Assembly (NCBI GenBank): GCA_964291625.2
Contig: OZ220089.1
Span: forward strand, 260,542 to 324,541
DNA: 64,000 bases
Direction: 5' to 3'
Source: Candidatus Latescibacterota bacterium
GTDB lineage: Bacteria; Latescibacterota; UBA2968; UBA8231
A program made the position numbers and the translations under genes. Shown here piece after piece: positions 18,398-29,510 of the stretch (position 1 is its first letter; each line of letters begins with the position of its first letter). The notes below the pieces were generated by a model. The model did no database searches, was not told the DNA's origin, and saw only the letters and a program-made list of their open reading frames with translations.

Positions 18398-19816
18398 GTG
18401 ATCCCACTCGCCCCCGACGCCCACGTCCACCTGATCGCGGCCTGCGGCACGGCCATGGGCTCCCTGGCCGGAATGCTGAAGAGCCGCGGCCATCGCGTCA
18501 CCGGATCGGACCGCAACGTCTACCCGCCCCTGAGCGACTTCCTCCGGGCCGAGGGCATCCACCTCTTCGAGGGATTCGACCCGGGGAACATCGATCCCGC
18601 GCCTGACCTCGTCGTCGTGGGCAACGCTGTCTCCCGAGGCAATCCCGAGCTGGAGGCCGTCCTCGACGCCGGACTTCCCTACACCAGTCTTCCCGAGATC
18701 CTGCGCGACCTGTTCCTGGCCGGCCGCCGGCCGATCGTCATCACGGGCACCCACGGGAAGACCACGACGACGGCGATGGCCGCTTTTCTGCTGCGGTCCG
18801 GGGGGCTCGATCCCTCCTGGCTCGTGGCCGGCCTGCCGCGGGACCTGGATCGCCCCTACCATCTGGGCGGGGACCCCTGGTTCGTCATCGAGGGAGACGA
18901 GTACGACAGCGCCTACTTCGCCAAGACGGCGAAGTTCCTGTACTACCGCCCCCATCTGCTCATCATCAACAACATCGAGTTCGACCACGCCGACATCTAC
19001 CGCGACCTGGACGAGATCCGCCGAGCCTTCCGGCAGGTCGTCAACCAGGTGCCGCGCACCGGCCTGATCCTTGCCAACGGAGACGATCCCGTCGTCGCCG
19101 AGACCGTCGCCCAAGCCCCTGCTCCGGTGGAGACCTTCGGTCTGGGCTCCCACAACCACTGGCGGGCCCTCGAGGTGGAGAGCGGCCAGCGCGGGCAGTC
19201 CTTCGACCTCGTACGTGGCGGGCAGCCCTGCGGCCGCCCGCGGCTGTCCCTCGGCGGCGAGCACAACCTGCGCAATGCCCTCGGAGCGTTGGCGGCGGCG
19301 GCTTTCACCGGAGCCGACCTGGAACTTTGTGGCGCGGCCCTGCCCGGCTTTGTCGGCGTGAGCCGCAGGCAGGAGCACCTCGGCACCATCGGCGAAGTCC
19401 GGCTCATCGACGACTTCGCCCACCATCCCACGGCGGTGGCCCAGACCCTGGCCGGCCTTCGGCGGTCCTTTCCCGGGGGCCGGCTCTGGGCCGTCTTCGA
19501 GCCCGCCAGTGCCTCGAACGCGCGGGCCACCTTCGAGGCCCTCTACGTCCAGGCCTTTGCCAAGGCCGACGCCGTCATCCTCGGGGCGGTTCCGCGGCCG
19601 GAGCGCAGCGGCGAGGAGGAACCGTTCTCACCGGATCGCCTCGCCGGTCACCTGCGGACGCGGGGCGTCGAAGCCCGGCACCTGCCCTCGCCCGAGGCGA
19701 TCGCCGCGCACCTGGCCGACCACGCGGCCCGGGGCGATACGGTGCTGTTCATGAGCAACGCCGGCTTCGGCGGCGTGCAGCAGCTGACGGCGGAAGCCCT
19801 GCGCCGCCGGAGCTGA
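18398..19816 (+). CDS. mpl: UDP-N-acetylmuramate:L-alanyl-gamma-D-glutamyl-meso-diaminopimelate ligase (murein peptide ligase)
   Basis: ORF 18398..19816, GTG start. Motifs: HLIAACGTAMGSLAGML, VVGNAVSRGNPE, Mur-ligase P-loop ITGTHGKTTTT, IEGDEYDSAYF, NNIEFDHADIY, DDFAHHPTA. Confidence 0.85.
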   Translation: MIPLAPDAHVHLIAACGTAMGSLAGMLKSRGHRVTGSDRNVYPPLSDFLRAEGIHLFEGFDPGNIDPAPDLVVVGNAVSRGNPELEAVLDAGLPYTSLPEILRDLFLAGRRPIVITGTHGKTTTTAMAAFLLRSGGLDPSWLVAGLPRDLDRPYHLGGDPWFVIEGDEYDSAYFAKTAKFLYYRPHLLIINNIEFDHADIYRDLDEIRRAFRQVVNQVPRTGLILANGDDPVVAETVAQAPAPVETFGLGSHNHWRALEVESGQRGQSFDLVRGGQPCGRPRLSLGGEHNLRNALGALAAAAFTGADLELCGAALPGFVGVSRRQEHLGTIGEVRLIDDFAHHPTAVAQTLAGLRRSFPGGRLWAVFEPASASNARATFEALYVQAFAKADAVILGAVPRPERSGEEEPFSPDRLAGHLRTRGVEARHLPSPEAIAAHLADHAARGDTVLFMSNAGFGGVQQLTAEALRRRS

Positions 19817-19988
19817 TCCCGCCTTCCTCCACCCCATCAGGGACGCCCGGAAGCGAGACTCCCGGCAGCGAGTGGGTGTCTCCGTCGCCGGGAGTGTGAG
19901 CAGGCGGCCACGTTCCGGCGCTTCCTCCAGCGGTTCGACAACCCCCTGAATTCGCTCCAGAACAATGAGTTGCGGAATCACCCCAGAG

Positions 19989-20005
19989 CCGGCACGGGAG
20001 TTGCA
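19989..20005 (+). promoter_or_regulatory. candidate sigma54 (-24/-12) promoter: cGGCACG-GGAG-TTGCA
   Basis: CCGGCACGGGAGTTGCA at 19989-20005 matches TGGCACG-N4-TTGCW in every position except the first T. The GG-to-GC spacing is correct. It lies 67 nt upstream of the ATG at 20072, inside a 255-nt intergenic region. Confidence 0.4.
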
Positions 20006-20071
20006 CCGAGACGGGCCCGGCAGGCGGAAGGTCCTTCGCCCGCCCCCACCCCTTTCCCGGAGGCATTCCCC

Positions 20072-20743
20072 ATGCTGACTCGAGTGTTGCGCATCTCCCC
20101 CTGGCTGGCCGGCTGGCTCATCCTCACCGGCGCCGGCTCCGCTGGCGGCGAGCCGGGGCCCGTCGTCGTGAGCGAGTTGATGTGGGCGGGAAGCTCCGCC
20201 TCCAGCTCCGACGAGTGGATCGAGCTCTACAACCGCGGCTCCGACACGGTGAACCTCGCCGGCTGGACGATCACCCGCGGCGACGGCGAGGACGAGCGCC
20301 TGATGGTCCTCATCGAGTCCGGCCAGCTGCCGCCGGGCGGGGTCTTCCTGATCTCCAACTACGGCCACGAGGACGAACGCTCCCGCCTGGCGGCGGCACC
20401 CTCCCTCGTCGACCCGCAGGTCTCCCTGCCCAACAGCAAGCTCCGTCTCCGCCTCTACGACGGTCCCCCCGAGTCGGGAGCCGTCATCGACCTGGTCGAC
20501 GACGGAAAGGGCGCACCCTTCGGCGGCCTGAGCGGTGATATGAAAGCGGCCATGGTGCGGACCGACCTGGAGGCCCCGGGGGACGAGAAGAGTTCGTGGA
20601 CCACGGCCACCGCAGCCAGCGGATGGGACCCGGGGGCCACCGAGCTCGGCACCCCCGGTACCATGCCCGGCGAGCAGTCCTCGACGGAGATTCCCACCAA
20701 CGTATGGGCCGTCGCCTGGGGGACGATCAAGCACGGGCTCTGA
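20072..20743 (+). CDS. secreted lamin-tail-domain (LTD) protein
   Basis: ATG at 20072 within ORF 19970..20743. Signal peptide, then the LTD hallmark VVVSELMWAG...SDEWIELYNRGSDTVNLAGWTI...GGVFLISN. Confidence 0.75.
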   Translation: MLTRVLRISPWLAGWLILTGAGSAGGEPGPVVVSELMWAGSSASSSDEWIELYNRGSDTVNLAGWTITRGDGEDERLMVLIESGQLPPGGVFLISNYGHEDERSRLAAAPSLVDPQVSLPNSKLRLRLYDGPPESGAVIDLVDDGKGAPFGGLSGDMKAAMVRTDLEAPGDEKSSWTTATAASGWDPGATELGTPGTMPGEQSSTEIPTNVWAVAWGTIKHGL

Positions 20744-20851
20744 GAGCCGCGTCCGCCGACCGAGGTTCGTATCTTCCTGCAATCGGCATCTCGCAGCCCC
20801 GCCGCCCCGCAACCCGGATGGCGGCGGGGCCAGCACGACTACACCAGGGCC

Positions 20852-22573
<1,722 letters not shown>

Positions 22574-22584
22574 AAAGAACGCAA

Positions 22585-22617
22585 ACGAGCCCGGCCGCAA
22601 GGCGCGGGCGGGCTCGT
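22585..22617. terminator. strong GC hairpin between convergent genes; intrinsic terminator for the minus-strand ExbBD operon (U-rich tail on that strand), possibly bidirectional
   Basis: ACGAGCCCG (22585-22593) pairs with CGGGCTCGT (22609-22617). An inner 4-bp extension (22595-22598 / 22604-22607) leaves a 5-nt loop. On the minus strand the hairpin is followed by TTGCGTTCTTTTCA (22571-22584). Confidence 0.6.
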
Positions 22618-22639
22618 CAGGCGGGACCGGCGGCTCCGG

Positions 22640-23980
22640 CTACTGGGCGTACTGACTGACGTTGGCGATGCCGCCGGGCTGGGTCAGGGCGAAGACGATC
22701 AGGTTGACCCCGAACTGGAGGCCGCGCTCCCGGGCATCGGCATTCGGATCGCCCCAGAACCAACTGATGTTGAGGTCGGAGAAGATCACGGCCACCCGGC
22801 CCCGAAGCTCGAGCATCTCGAGGTCGAAGACGTTGCCGCCGGGCGCTCCTCCCTTGGGAGGTCCGTCGCCGAAGTCGTAGAAGCTGGAGAACAGGGAGTG
22901 GTTCTTCTCGACCCGCTGCCACCGGGCGCCGTCGCCGGAGAGGACCTTCTCGTCCTTCATGAGCGACTTGAACTGGCGGTCGAAGATGGTGCCCGCCGTG
23001 CCCGCCCCCGTGCCCTCCAGGCTGCCCTCCGAGTTGGCATGGCGGATCTCCTCCGCGAAGAGGAAGCCGCCCTGGCGGAGGTACTCTCCCAGGTTCTCCT
23101 TCTCCGTGGAGGAAAACTGGAAGATGGCGTTGTTCCCGGTCATGTAGAGGAACGGTTCCTTGAAGATCTGCGAGTCGCTCAGACGCAGCGTCACCCCCTC
23201 GATGCGGGCGTTGATGCGCGTATGGTCGCGCATGTAACGCATCAACTCCTCGACGGCGGTGGGGAAGCGGTCCGTGCTCTTGTTGGCCAGGTCGTAGTCC
23301 ATGACGCTCATGTTGAAGAACCCGCGGATGTTGCGCTTGTTCTCCGGGTCCTGGATCAGGATCGCCTGGTAGCGGCCGAAGTCGAGATCCTGGACGTTGA
23401 GCAACTCCTGCTTCAGACTCAGGGCCTCCTGAACGGGGGCCGCCGTCTCCGTGAGCTCGATCATCTCGACCTCGTCGAAGGCCAGATCCTCCGCCTTGGC
23501 CCCGGAGAACGCGCCCAGCACCTGGCTGCCGGGCAGCACCGCACCGAGGAGGTCGGAACCGATGGCGCTCACGTCGGCGATGGCGGTGATGTCGGTGGGC
23601 AGATCCGGCGGCGACAGCGACGCCAGCATTTCCATCTGCACCTCCGAGATCTCGGGCTGCTTGGCCAGGTCGAAGTTCTTCTCGAGGATCGGCGGCGGCG
23701 CCTGGAAGCGGATCAGCTTCGCCTCCTCCTCGGTGACCTGCTGCTCGTAGTACCAAGCGACGCCCCAGGCGACGGCCTCGATGACTATGGCCACCGCGAG
23801 ACTCACGAACAGGGCCGCCCGCCGGCCCGCCGTGGCCCGCCAGAGGACGTAGACCAGCACGGCACCAACGAGAGCGTTGAGCCCCAGCACCTGGGTCTTC
23901 GAGAAGAACCCGATGATGACGACATGAAGGAAGACAGCGATCCCGAAGGAGCCGTACAGTATCTTTCTACGCTCTTCCAC
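22640..23980 (-). CDS. membrane-anchored protein with C-terminal DUF4159 domain
   Basis: ORF 22640..23980. N-terminal TM helices, an acidic/Pro-containing linker (FQAPPPILEKNFDLAKQPEISE...SLSPPDLP), and a C-terminal DUF4159-like pattern (PFLYMTGNNAIFQFSSTEKENLGEYLRQGGFLFAEE ... GRVAVIFSDLNISWFWGD). It lies directly downstream of exbD. Confidence 0.7.
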   Translation of the reverse strand: MEERRKILYGSFGIAVFLHVVIIGFFSKTQVLGLNALVGAVLVYVLWRATAGRRAALFVSLAVAIVIEAVAWGVAWYYEQQVTEEEAKLIRFQAPPPILEKNFDLAKQPEISEVQMEMLASLSPPDLPTDITAIADVSAIGSDLLGAVLPGSQVLGAFSGAKAEDLAFDEVEMIELTETAAPVQEALSLKQELLNVQDLDFGRYQAILIQDPENKRNIRGFFNMSVMDYDLANKSTDRFPTAVEELMRYMRDHTRINARIEGVTLRLSDSQIFKEPFLYMTGNNAIFQFSSTEKENLGEYLRQGGFLFAEEIRHANSEGSLEGTGAGTAGTIFDRQFKSLMKDEKVLSGDGARWQRVEKNHSLFSSFYDFGDGPPKGGAPGGNVFDLEMLELRGRVAVIFSDLNISWFWGDPNADARERGLQFGVNLIVFALTQPGGIANVSQYAQ

Positions 23981-24046
23981 TTTCCGTTCCCCGTGGCTTG
24001 TTCAACTGATCCCCGCCGGCAAGGGCCGGCGGGGCGTTGGGGTCGA

Positions 24047-24454
24047 CTACTTCCCTCTCTGCGGCTCCGTGGCGATGATCTGGTCGACCACCCCCACCTG
24101 ACGAGCGATATCCATGATCTGCACGATCTGGCCATGGGTGGCGCGCTCGTCGCCCTGGATGATGATCATCGTCGTGTTGTCCAGGATCTGACGCTTCTCC
24201 TGGATCCGGTCCTTCAGGTTGGCGAAGGTCACGGTCTGGTGATTCAGCTTCATGTTGCCGTCCTGATCGACGACGATGAACAGGTTCTCCTTCTCGGGCG
24301 CCTGCGCCTCCTCCGCCTCGGGCAGTTTGATGTCGAGACCCGGGGTGATGGCGAAGACCGCCGTCACCATGAAGAAGATCAGCAGCTGGAACACCACGTC
24401 GATCATCGGCGTAAGGTCCGGCTTCTCGTCGTAGCGCCTTTTTTCCTGTGCCAT
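24047..24454 (-). CDS. exbD: ExbD/TolR-family biopolymer transport protein
   Basis: ORF 24047..24454. Canonical N-terminus DLTPMIDVVFQLLIFFMVTA, then a periplasmic domain with IIIQGDERATHGQIVQIMDIA. Confidence 0.85.
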   Translation of the reverse strand: MAQEKRRYDEKPDLTPMIDVVFQLLIFFMVTAVFAITPGLDIKLPEAEEAQAPEKENLFIVVDQDGNMKLNHQTVTFANLKDRIQEKRQILDNTTMIIIQGDERATHGQIVQIMDIARQVGVVDQIIATEPQRGK

Positions 24455-24478
24455 TATTCGGCCTCCGAGCCCCCCCGG

Positions 24479-25129
24479 TTAGGCGGTCTGGCTCTGCCAG
24501 CGGCGCAGCAGGGCATCCACGAACCCGTGCCCGTAGGGCTCGAACTGGATACCCTTGCCCTCGGCGCGCTGTGCGAAATAGGTGTAGATGGCCAGCGAAG
24601 GCACGGCGATGACGAGACCGGTCACCGTCGTGATCAGCGCCTCGGAGATACCGGCGGCGACGATCGTCGGCTCGCCCAGTCCCTTCTCGGCGATGCCCTC
24701 GAAGGCGCGGATCATTCCGTTCACCGTTCCCAGCAGGCCGAGGAGCACGACCGAGCTGGCGACGAACTGGATCACCGACAGGTAGCGCTCGAGGTAGCTG
24801 CTCGCGGCGCGCTCTACCGTGCCGTTCATCTCGGCGCGCATCTCCTCGATGCTGCGCTGCTCGCGGGAGAGGTGCTCGAAGCGCTCGATGCCCTCGGCGT
24901 AGACATCCCCCTCCAGACGGCCGATCTCCCTGCAGTACTCCTGGAGCTGGTCGAAGGAAGCCCCGGAGTCGATCCGGCCGGTGACGTCGTTGGTCACCTC
25001 GGACAGTTCATCCTCCGACCGCATCCGCGCGTAGGTGACGATGCGCTCGATGAAGAATCCGAGGGCCATGATCGACCACAAGCCGAGGGGCCACATGAAC
25101 GGTCCACCATCCTGAAAGAACTCCAGCAT
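24479..25129 (-). CDS. exbB: MotA/TolQ/ExbB proton-channel family protein
   Basis: ORF 24479..25129. Three TM helices and the conserved C-terminal block LGLLGTVNGMIRAF ... GISEALITTVTGLVIAVPSLAIY. Confidence 0.85.
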   Translation of the reverse strand: MLEFFQDGGPFMWPLGLWSIMALGFFIERIVTYARMRSEDELSEVTNDVTGRIDSGASFDQLQEYCREIGRLEGDVYAEGIERFEHLSREQRSIEEMRAEMNGTVERAASSYLERYLSVIQFVASSVVLLGLLGTVNGMIRAFEGIAEKGLGEPTIVAAGISEALITTVTGLVIAVPSLAIYTYFAQRAEGKGIQFEPYGHGFVDALLRRWQSQTA

Positions 25130-25218
25130 GATCGCTGATCCTCCTTGAGTTAGGGCTCAGATCTCTCGGCCCGAATCACTGAGTAAAAGGTTCATTGCGA
25201 TGCCATGGTTTCGGGTGC

Positions 25219-28200
25219 TCAGAGAACGCGCGCTTCCTCCAGCGCCTCCAACTGCTGCCTCGAGAAGTCCACCTGCGGCGAGAAGCGCTGGATGCTGCCG
25301 TACTTCTGGACCACCTGCTGGAACTCCTCGGCCGCTTTGCGGTACTCCTCGAGAGCCATGTACGCCGAGGCGATGTTGACGGCTGCGTTGACCGCCTGGT
25401 CGCTGTCCGGAAAGCGCTCGATCACCTCCTTGAAGATCTCGATGGACTCCACGTACTGCTCGCCGTCGAACAAGGACTCGCCCGCGGCGTAGACGTTGTA
25501 GGCCTCGATCTCCGACAGGTGGCCGAGGAGGACGGACGCCTTGCGGCGCAGGGGCCGGTCCTTGGCTTTCAGACGCTGCTCGGGGAACATCTCCAGGAAC
25601 TTCCGGTAGCTCGCCGAGGCGAGATCGTACTCCTTCTCGCCGTAGTAGTAGTCGCCCAGGGTGAATTGGCTGGCGGCGCCGAAATCGCCGTCGGGGTGCT
25701 CGGTGACGATCCGCTCGAAGAAGGGAAGGGCGTCGGCCTTGGTGTACTCCTCCCCCAGGTCGGAGAGGTGGATGATGGCCCACGCCTTGTTGTACAGGGC
25801 GTCGTCGACGACGTCCGACCGCGAATAGCGGCCCAGAACGGCGTCGTACTTGCGCATGGCCTCCCTGAAGATCCCCTTCTTGTTTTCCCGGGTCTCGCCC
25901 TGGGCCAGATTGAAGACCGCCTCCCCCGCCCGGAACAGGGACTGGGCCGCGAACTCGGAGCGCGGGAACTTCGAGGCGAGATCTTCGAAAGTCTTGCTGG
26001 ACTCGCGCCACTTGCCCATGCGGTACTCGGCAAAAGCGGCGTAGTAGTAGGCGTAGACCACCTTCTCGTCGTCGGGGTAGGCCGTGTAGTAGGTCCTGAA
26101 GGCCTCGGCCACGTAGGGCAGGTACTGCACGTTGCCGTCCCCCGACATCTTGTTGTATGCGGCTCCGATCTGGAACTGCGCGTTTCGCGCCCAGCCGATC
26201 TGCGGATAGTTGTCGACGATGGTCTGGTAGGTCTGGACCGCCTTCTCCAGGTCGCCGGACCGGAACTGGCTGTTGCCCTGCACGAAGAGGGCGTTGGCAA
26301 TGTCCTCCGCGTCGACGGCCAGATCGAGGAGCTGCTGCGAGGCCGCGACGCTCTGCTCGTATCGCCCGAGGCGGAAGTAGGCGCTGGCCATGCGGATCAG
26401 CACGCGCACCTTGTCCTCCTGCGTCGTCAGGCGCGCCAGCATGTCTTCGTAGGTGCGTATCGCATCCTCCGGATCCTGCTTCTCCGCCATGGAGATCAGC
26501 TGCAGCTGGGCGTTGCGGGCCAGGGTCTCGTCGCCGGACTCGATCACCTGCGTCAACAGCTTCGTGGCCTCCGCGTCCTGCCCCTGCGCGGCGAAGGAGA
26601 GGGCCATGGCGAAGTTGACCTTCAGCGCCATGCTCTCGGCAAGGTCCTGATCCAGGAGCCACTGGTAGTCGGCCAGGGCCCTGGAGAACCGGTTGGCCTT
26701 GTGGTAAGCCAGGGCGCGGCCGTAGCGAACCTCCCGGATCACGCCCGACTCGGGGTATTCGTCGATGACCTTCGTGTATCGATTGATGGCGTCCACATAG
26801 TTGTCGTTGTTGAGATCGAGCTGGGCGATCTGGTAGTGGGCCTGGGCCTCCAGCGCCCGATCGCCCGTGACGCCCTTCAGCAGTTGGTCGAGGACCCCGC
26901 GGCCCTCCTCGGAGCGGCCGGCGCCGATGTGGATGTTGGCCGCCTCGATCAGGGATGCCACGTAGACCTCGCCGGCCTCGCGGCCGACGCGGGAGAAGGC
27001 GTCGATGGCGCCGTCCAGCTCACCCCTCTGCTTGTAGAGGAGCCCGAGGCCGTAGTTGGCATCGGCGGCATGGCGGGTCTCGCCGTAGTTGTCGGCGATG
27101 ATGCGATAGGCCTCGATGGCCTCGTCGAAGCGCTGCTGCTCGGTGTTGACGCGGCCTATCCGCAGCAGGCAGAGAGGCGCCTGATCGGACCGTGGGAAGC
27201 TCTCCACCACCTGTCCGTAGACATCCAGGGCGGTCTCGTAGTCCTCCAGCTTCTCGGAGGACCAGCCGGCGCTGTACAGGGCGTTGGCCCGCAGGCCGGT
27301 TTCGCTGTCGGGATAGAGGGTGGCGACGGCGGAGTACTCCTGGCGGGCCTCTTCGAAGTCCCCTGCGAAGTAGCGGGCCTCGCCCTTGTTGTACTGGGCG
27401 ATGGGCGGGTACGGCGTGTCTCCGTAGAGTTCGATCACCTGGTTGTAGGTGGTGTAGGCCTCTTCGAAACGCTCCTGTTTCTGTGCCGGCTCCTCGGAGC
27501 GCTGGCCCCACTCCATGAAGTTGTCGCCGAGGCGCATCTGCACCTTGGCCTTGTAGAACCGCTCCTCCGCAGTCTCCTGGGCCGTTATCAGCTCCTCGTA
27601 AGCCTCCTCGAAGGCGCCCCCCCGCCGATAGATCTCGGCGACGCGAAGAGAGGAGGTCTCGAAGAGCTGCCGGTAGTTGTCGAAGTCGACGTTCTTGCCC
27701 TCCCGGAAGGAGCCGCGGAGCAACTCGTACATCCGGTCGTAGAGATCGCGAACCTCCCGGTAGCCGGCGATCGCCTCCTCGCTGCGCCCCATCTGGTCGA
27801 AGGCCTGCGCCTTGAGATAGGTGGCCTGGGCGATGACGGGACTGCTGGGGTAGACCTCGAGGACGACCTCGGCCTCCTCGACGGCCATCTCGTACTCCTC
27901 CTTCTCGTAGTAGGAGGAGGCGATCCGGAACTGCGAGTCGGAGGCGTAACGATCGTCGGGATAGGCCTCCAGCATGCCCCGAAGCGCGGTGATGGCGTCG
28001 TCGTAGCGCTCGAGGTTGAACAGGCTCCAGCCCGAGTAGAAGTACGCCTCCCCCGCCAGGTCGGAGCTGGGGAAGAGGTCGGCGTAGCGCTTGTACTCCT
28101 CGGCGGCCTTGTCAAACTCCTTCTGCAGGAAGCGCGTCTCCGCCACGCGGAACTGCACGAGGGACCGGAAGTCCTCGTCCACCTCCTCCATGGCGATCAC

Positions 28201-28512
28201 CTCGCGGAAGGCTCCCACCGCCTCCTCGTGCTGGCCGCTGCGCATGCGGGCGTTGCCCAGCTGGTACCAGGCCGCCGCCATCACCGGCAGCTCGAGGTCG
28301 TCGCCGAAGGTGACGCGCACGCTGTCGGTGCGCACGGCGGGGCTGTCGAACTTGACGATCTTCGAGTACTCGAGGATCGCCCCCTCGTACTCGCCCAGGG
28401 CGTAGAGGCTCTGGCCGGCGTCGAAGTTCGTCTTCAGCGTCTGCGGCACCGGGAGGAACAGGCTGGTGCCCACCCCCAGCCCCAGTGCGATCAGCCCGAT
28501 CCAGATCGTCAT
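25219..28512 (-). CDS. 1097-aa membrane-anchored tetratricopeptide-repeat (YbgF-like TPR) protein
   Basis: ORF 25219..28512. One N-terminal TM helix, then dozens of TPR-like units (recurrent A..Y..G..yy....Y..A...F, e.g. AQYNKGEARYFAGDFEEARQEYSAVATLYPDS). Confidence 0.85.
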   Translation of the reverse strand: MTIWIGLIALGLGVGTSLFLPVPQTLKTNFDAGQSLYALGEYEGAILEYSKIVKFDSPAVRTDSVRVTFGDDLELPVMAAAWYQLGNARMRSGQHEEAVGAFREVIAMEEVDEDFRSLVQFRVAETRFLQKEFDKAAEEYKRYADLFPSSDLAGEAYFYSGWSLFNLERYDDAITALRGMLEAYPDDRYASDSQFRIASSYYEKEEYEMAVEEAEVVLEVYPSSPVIAQATYLKAQAFDQMGRSEEAIAGYREVRDLYDRMYELLRGSFREGKNVDFDNYRQLFETSSLRVAEIYRRGGAFEEAYEELITAQETAEERFYKAKVQMRLGDNFMEWGQRSEEPAQKQERFEEAYTTYNQVIELYGDTPYPPIAQYNKGEARYFAGDFEEARQEYSAVATLYPDSETGLRANALYSAGWSSEKLEDYETALDVYGQVVESFPRSDQAPLCLLRIGRVNTEQQRFDEAIEAYRIIADNYGETRHAADANYGLGLLYKQRGELDGAIDAFSRVGREAGEVYVASLIEAANIHIGAGRSEEGRGVLDQLLKGVTGDRALEAQAHYQIAQLDLNNDNYVDAINRYTKVIDEYPESGVIREVRYGRALAYHKANRFSRALADYQWLLDQDLAESMALKVNFAMALSFAAQGQDAEATKLLTQVIESGDETLARNAQLQLISMAEKQDPEDAIRTYEDMLARLTTQEDKVRVLIRMASAYFRLGRYEQSVAASQQLLDLAVDAEDIANALFVQGNSQFRSGDLEKAVQTYQTIVDNYPQIGWARNAQFQIGAAYNKMSGDGNVQYLPYVAEAFRTYYTAYPDDEKVVYAYYYAAFAEYRMGKWRESSKTFEDLASKFPRSEFAAQSLFRAGEAVFNLAQGETRENKKGIFREAMRKYDAVLGRYSRSDVVDDALYNKAWAIIHLSDLGEEYTKADALPFFERIVTEHPDGDFGAASQFTLGDYYYGEKEYDLASASYRKFLEMFPEQRLKAKDRPLRRKASVLLGHLSEIEAYNVYAAGESLFDGEQYVESIEIFKEVIERFPDSDQAVNAAVNIASAYMALEEYRKAAEEFQQVVQKYGSIQRFSPQVDFSRQQLEALEEARVL

Positions 28513-28530
28513 GGAAGGAGTCTCCTCTTC

Positions 28531-29457
28531 CTACAGTTGCCAGGCCAGGGAGAACCGGTGGGAGCCGTTGGCCTCGGACAGTTCGAGGGGGATGTGGTAG
28601 CCGTAGTCGAAGAGCATCTTGTTCCAGCGGTACCCCAGACCCGCGTTCAGGTCGCCCTTGGCGTCCTCTTCGAAGGCCCGGCTGCCGCCGGCGCGAAGCA
28701 TCAGGCCCTCCACCAGGCTCGTCTCCCCGCCCAGCACCAGACGGCTCTCCGAACCATCGCCCCCCAAGTCCCGAACCGACCACTGAACCGAAAGCAGCAT
28801 CTGGTCCCGGCGGTGGCTCACCCCCACCGACAGGTCCATCGGAAGGTCCCCCGCCCCCGACTCCAGGGAGCCGCCGCAGTCGCAGGTGGCGTTCGGCTGA
28901 AGGACGTTCTGCAGTTGAACCCCCAGACGGGCCCCCTGAAACGGCGTCCGCCACAGAAGACCCACGTCGGCGCCCACCGAACCCGCGCTCTGACCCGACA
29001 CCGGGTCGTTGCTGTCGAAGTCCGACACCTGCCAGAACACGTACTTGCCCGTCAGGCCCAACTGGAGGTCCCGGCTCAGGCGATAGCCCACGCCCAGAAA
29101 CGCCCCGTTCTCCGACATCTGCTCCGAGCCGATGCGCTCGTAGCCTACCCCCAGCGCCAGACGGCCGCCCAGGGGCTGCGTCAGAGACACCACGTGCTGG
29201 CCGAGGTCGTCCTCCTCCAGACCCGAGTGCAGAAGCGACACGTTGGTGTACGCCAGCTGACGCCCCGTCAAGGTCGCCAGACCCGCCGGGTTGGCGAACA
29301 TCGCATCGCCGTTGTCGGCCACCGCCACGAAGGCGTTGCCCAGCGACGCCGACCGGGCGCCGGCCCCGAGATTCTGGATGTTCACCACCGCTTCCGAACC
29401 CGTCACAAGGGACAGTACGAAAGCGAGGGACACGGTGATGGTGATCCGGCTTGCCAT
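28531..29457 (-). CDS. outer-membrane beta-barrel, PorV/PorQ-like family
   Basis: ATG at 29457 within ORF 28531..29511 (MASRITITVSLAFVLSLVTGSEA). N-terminal signature GAGARSASLGNAFVAVADNGDAMFANPAGLA, alternating beta-strand pattern, and an aromatic-rich C-terminus ...HRFSLAWQL. Confidence 0.6.
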   Translation of the reverse strand: MASRITITVSLAFVLSLVTGSEAVVNIQNLGAGARSASLGNAFVAVADNGDAMFANPAGLATLTGRQLAYTNVSLLHSGLEEDDLGQHVVSLTQPLGGRLALGVGYERIGSEQMSENGAFLGVGYRLSRDLQLGLTGKYVFWQVSDFDSNDPVSGQSAGSVGADVGLLWRTPFQGARLGVQLQNVLQPNATCDCGGSLESGAGDLPMDLSVGVSHRRDQMLLSVQWSVRDLGGDGSESRLVLGGETSLVEGLMLRAGGSRAFEEDAKGDLNAGLGYRWNKMLFDYGYHIPLELSEANGSHRFSLAWQL

Positions 29458-29510
29458 TTTAGGCTCCTCCTTGCTGGCCGCCCGCGTCTCCCGCGGGCCT
29501 GGGCGAGACA

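Noticed and set aside
19925-19950. GGTTCGA (T-loop-like) sequence in the 255-nt intergenic region, a possible tRNA or tmRNA fragment
   Set aside because: The flanking bases cannot form a T-arm stem (CAGCG versus AACCC). No acceptor or anticodon arms can be drawn.
24047-25129. ExbB/ExbD as a conventional TonB iron-uptake system or as Tol-Pal
   Set aside because: No TonB C-terminal domain protein, TonB-dependent receptor, TolA, TolB-Pal or YbgC/CpoB set lies in the operon. The PD40 proteins are elsewhere and fused to LRRs, so a canonical assignment is not supported.
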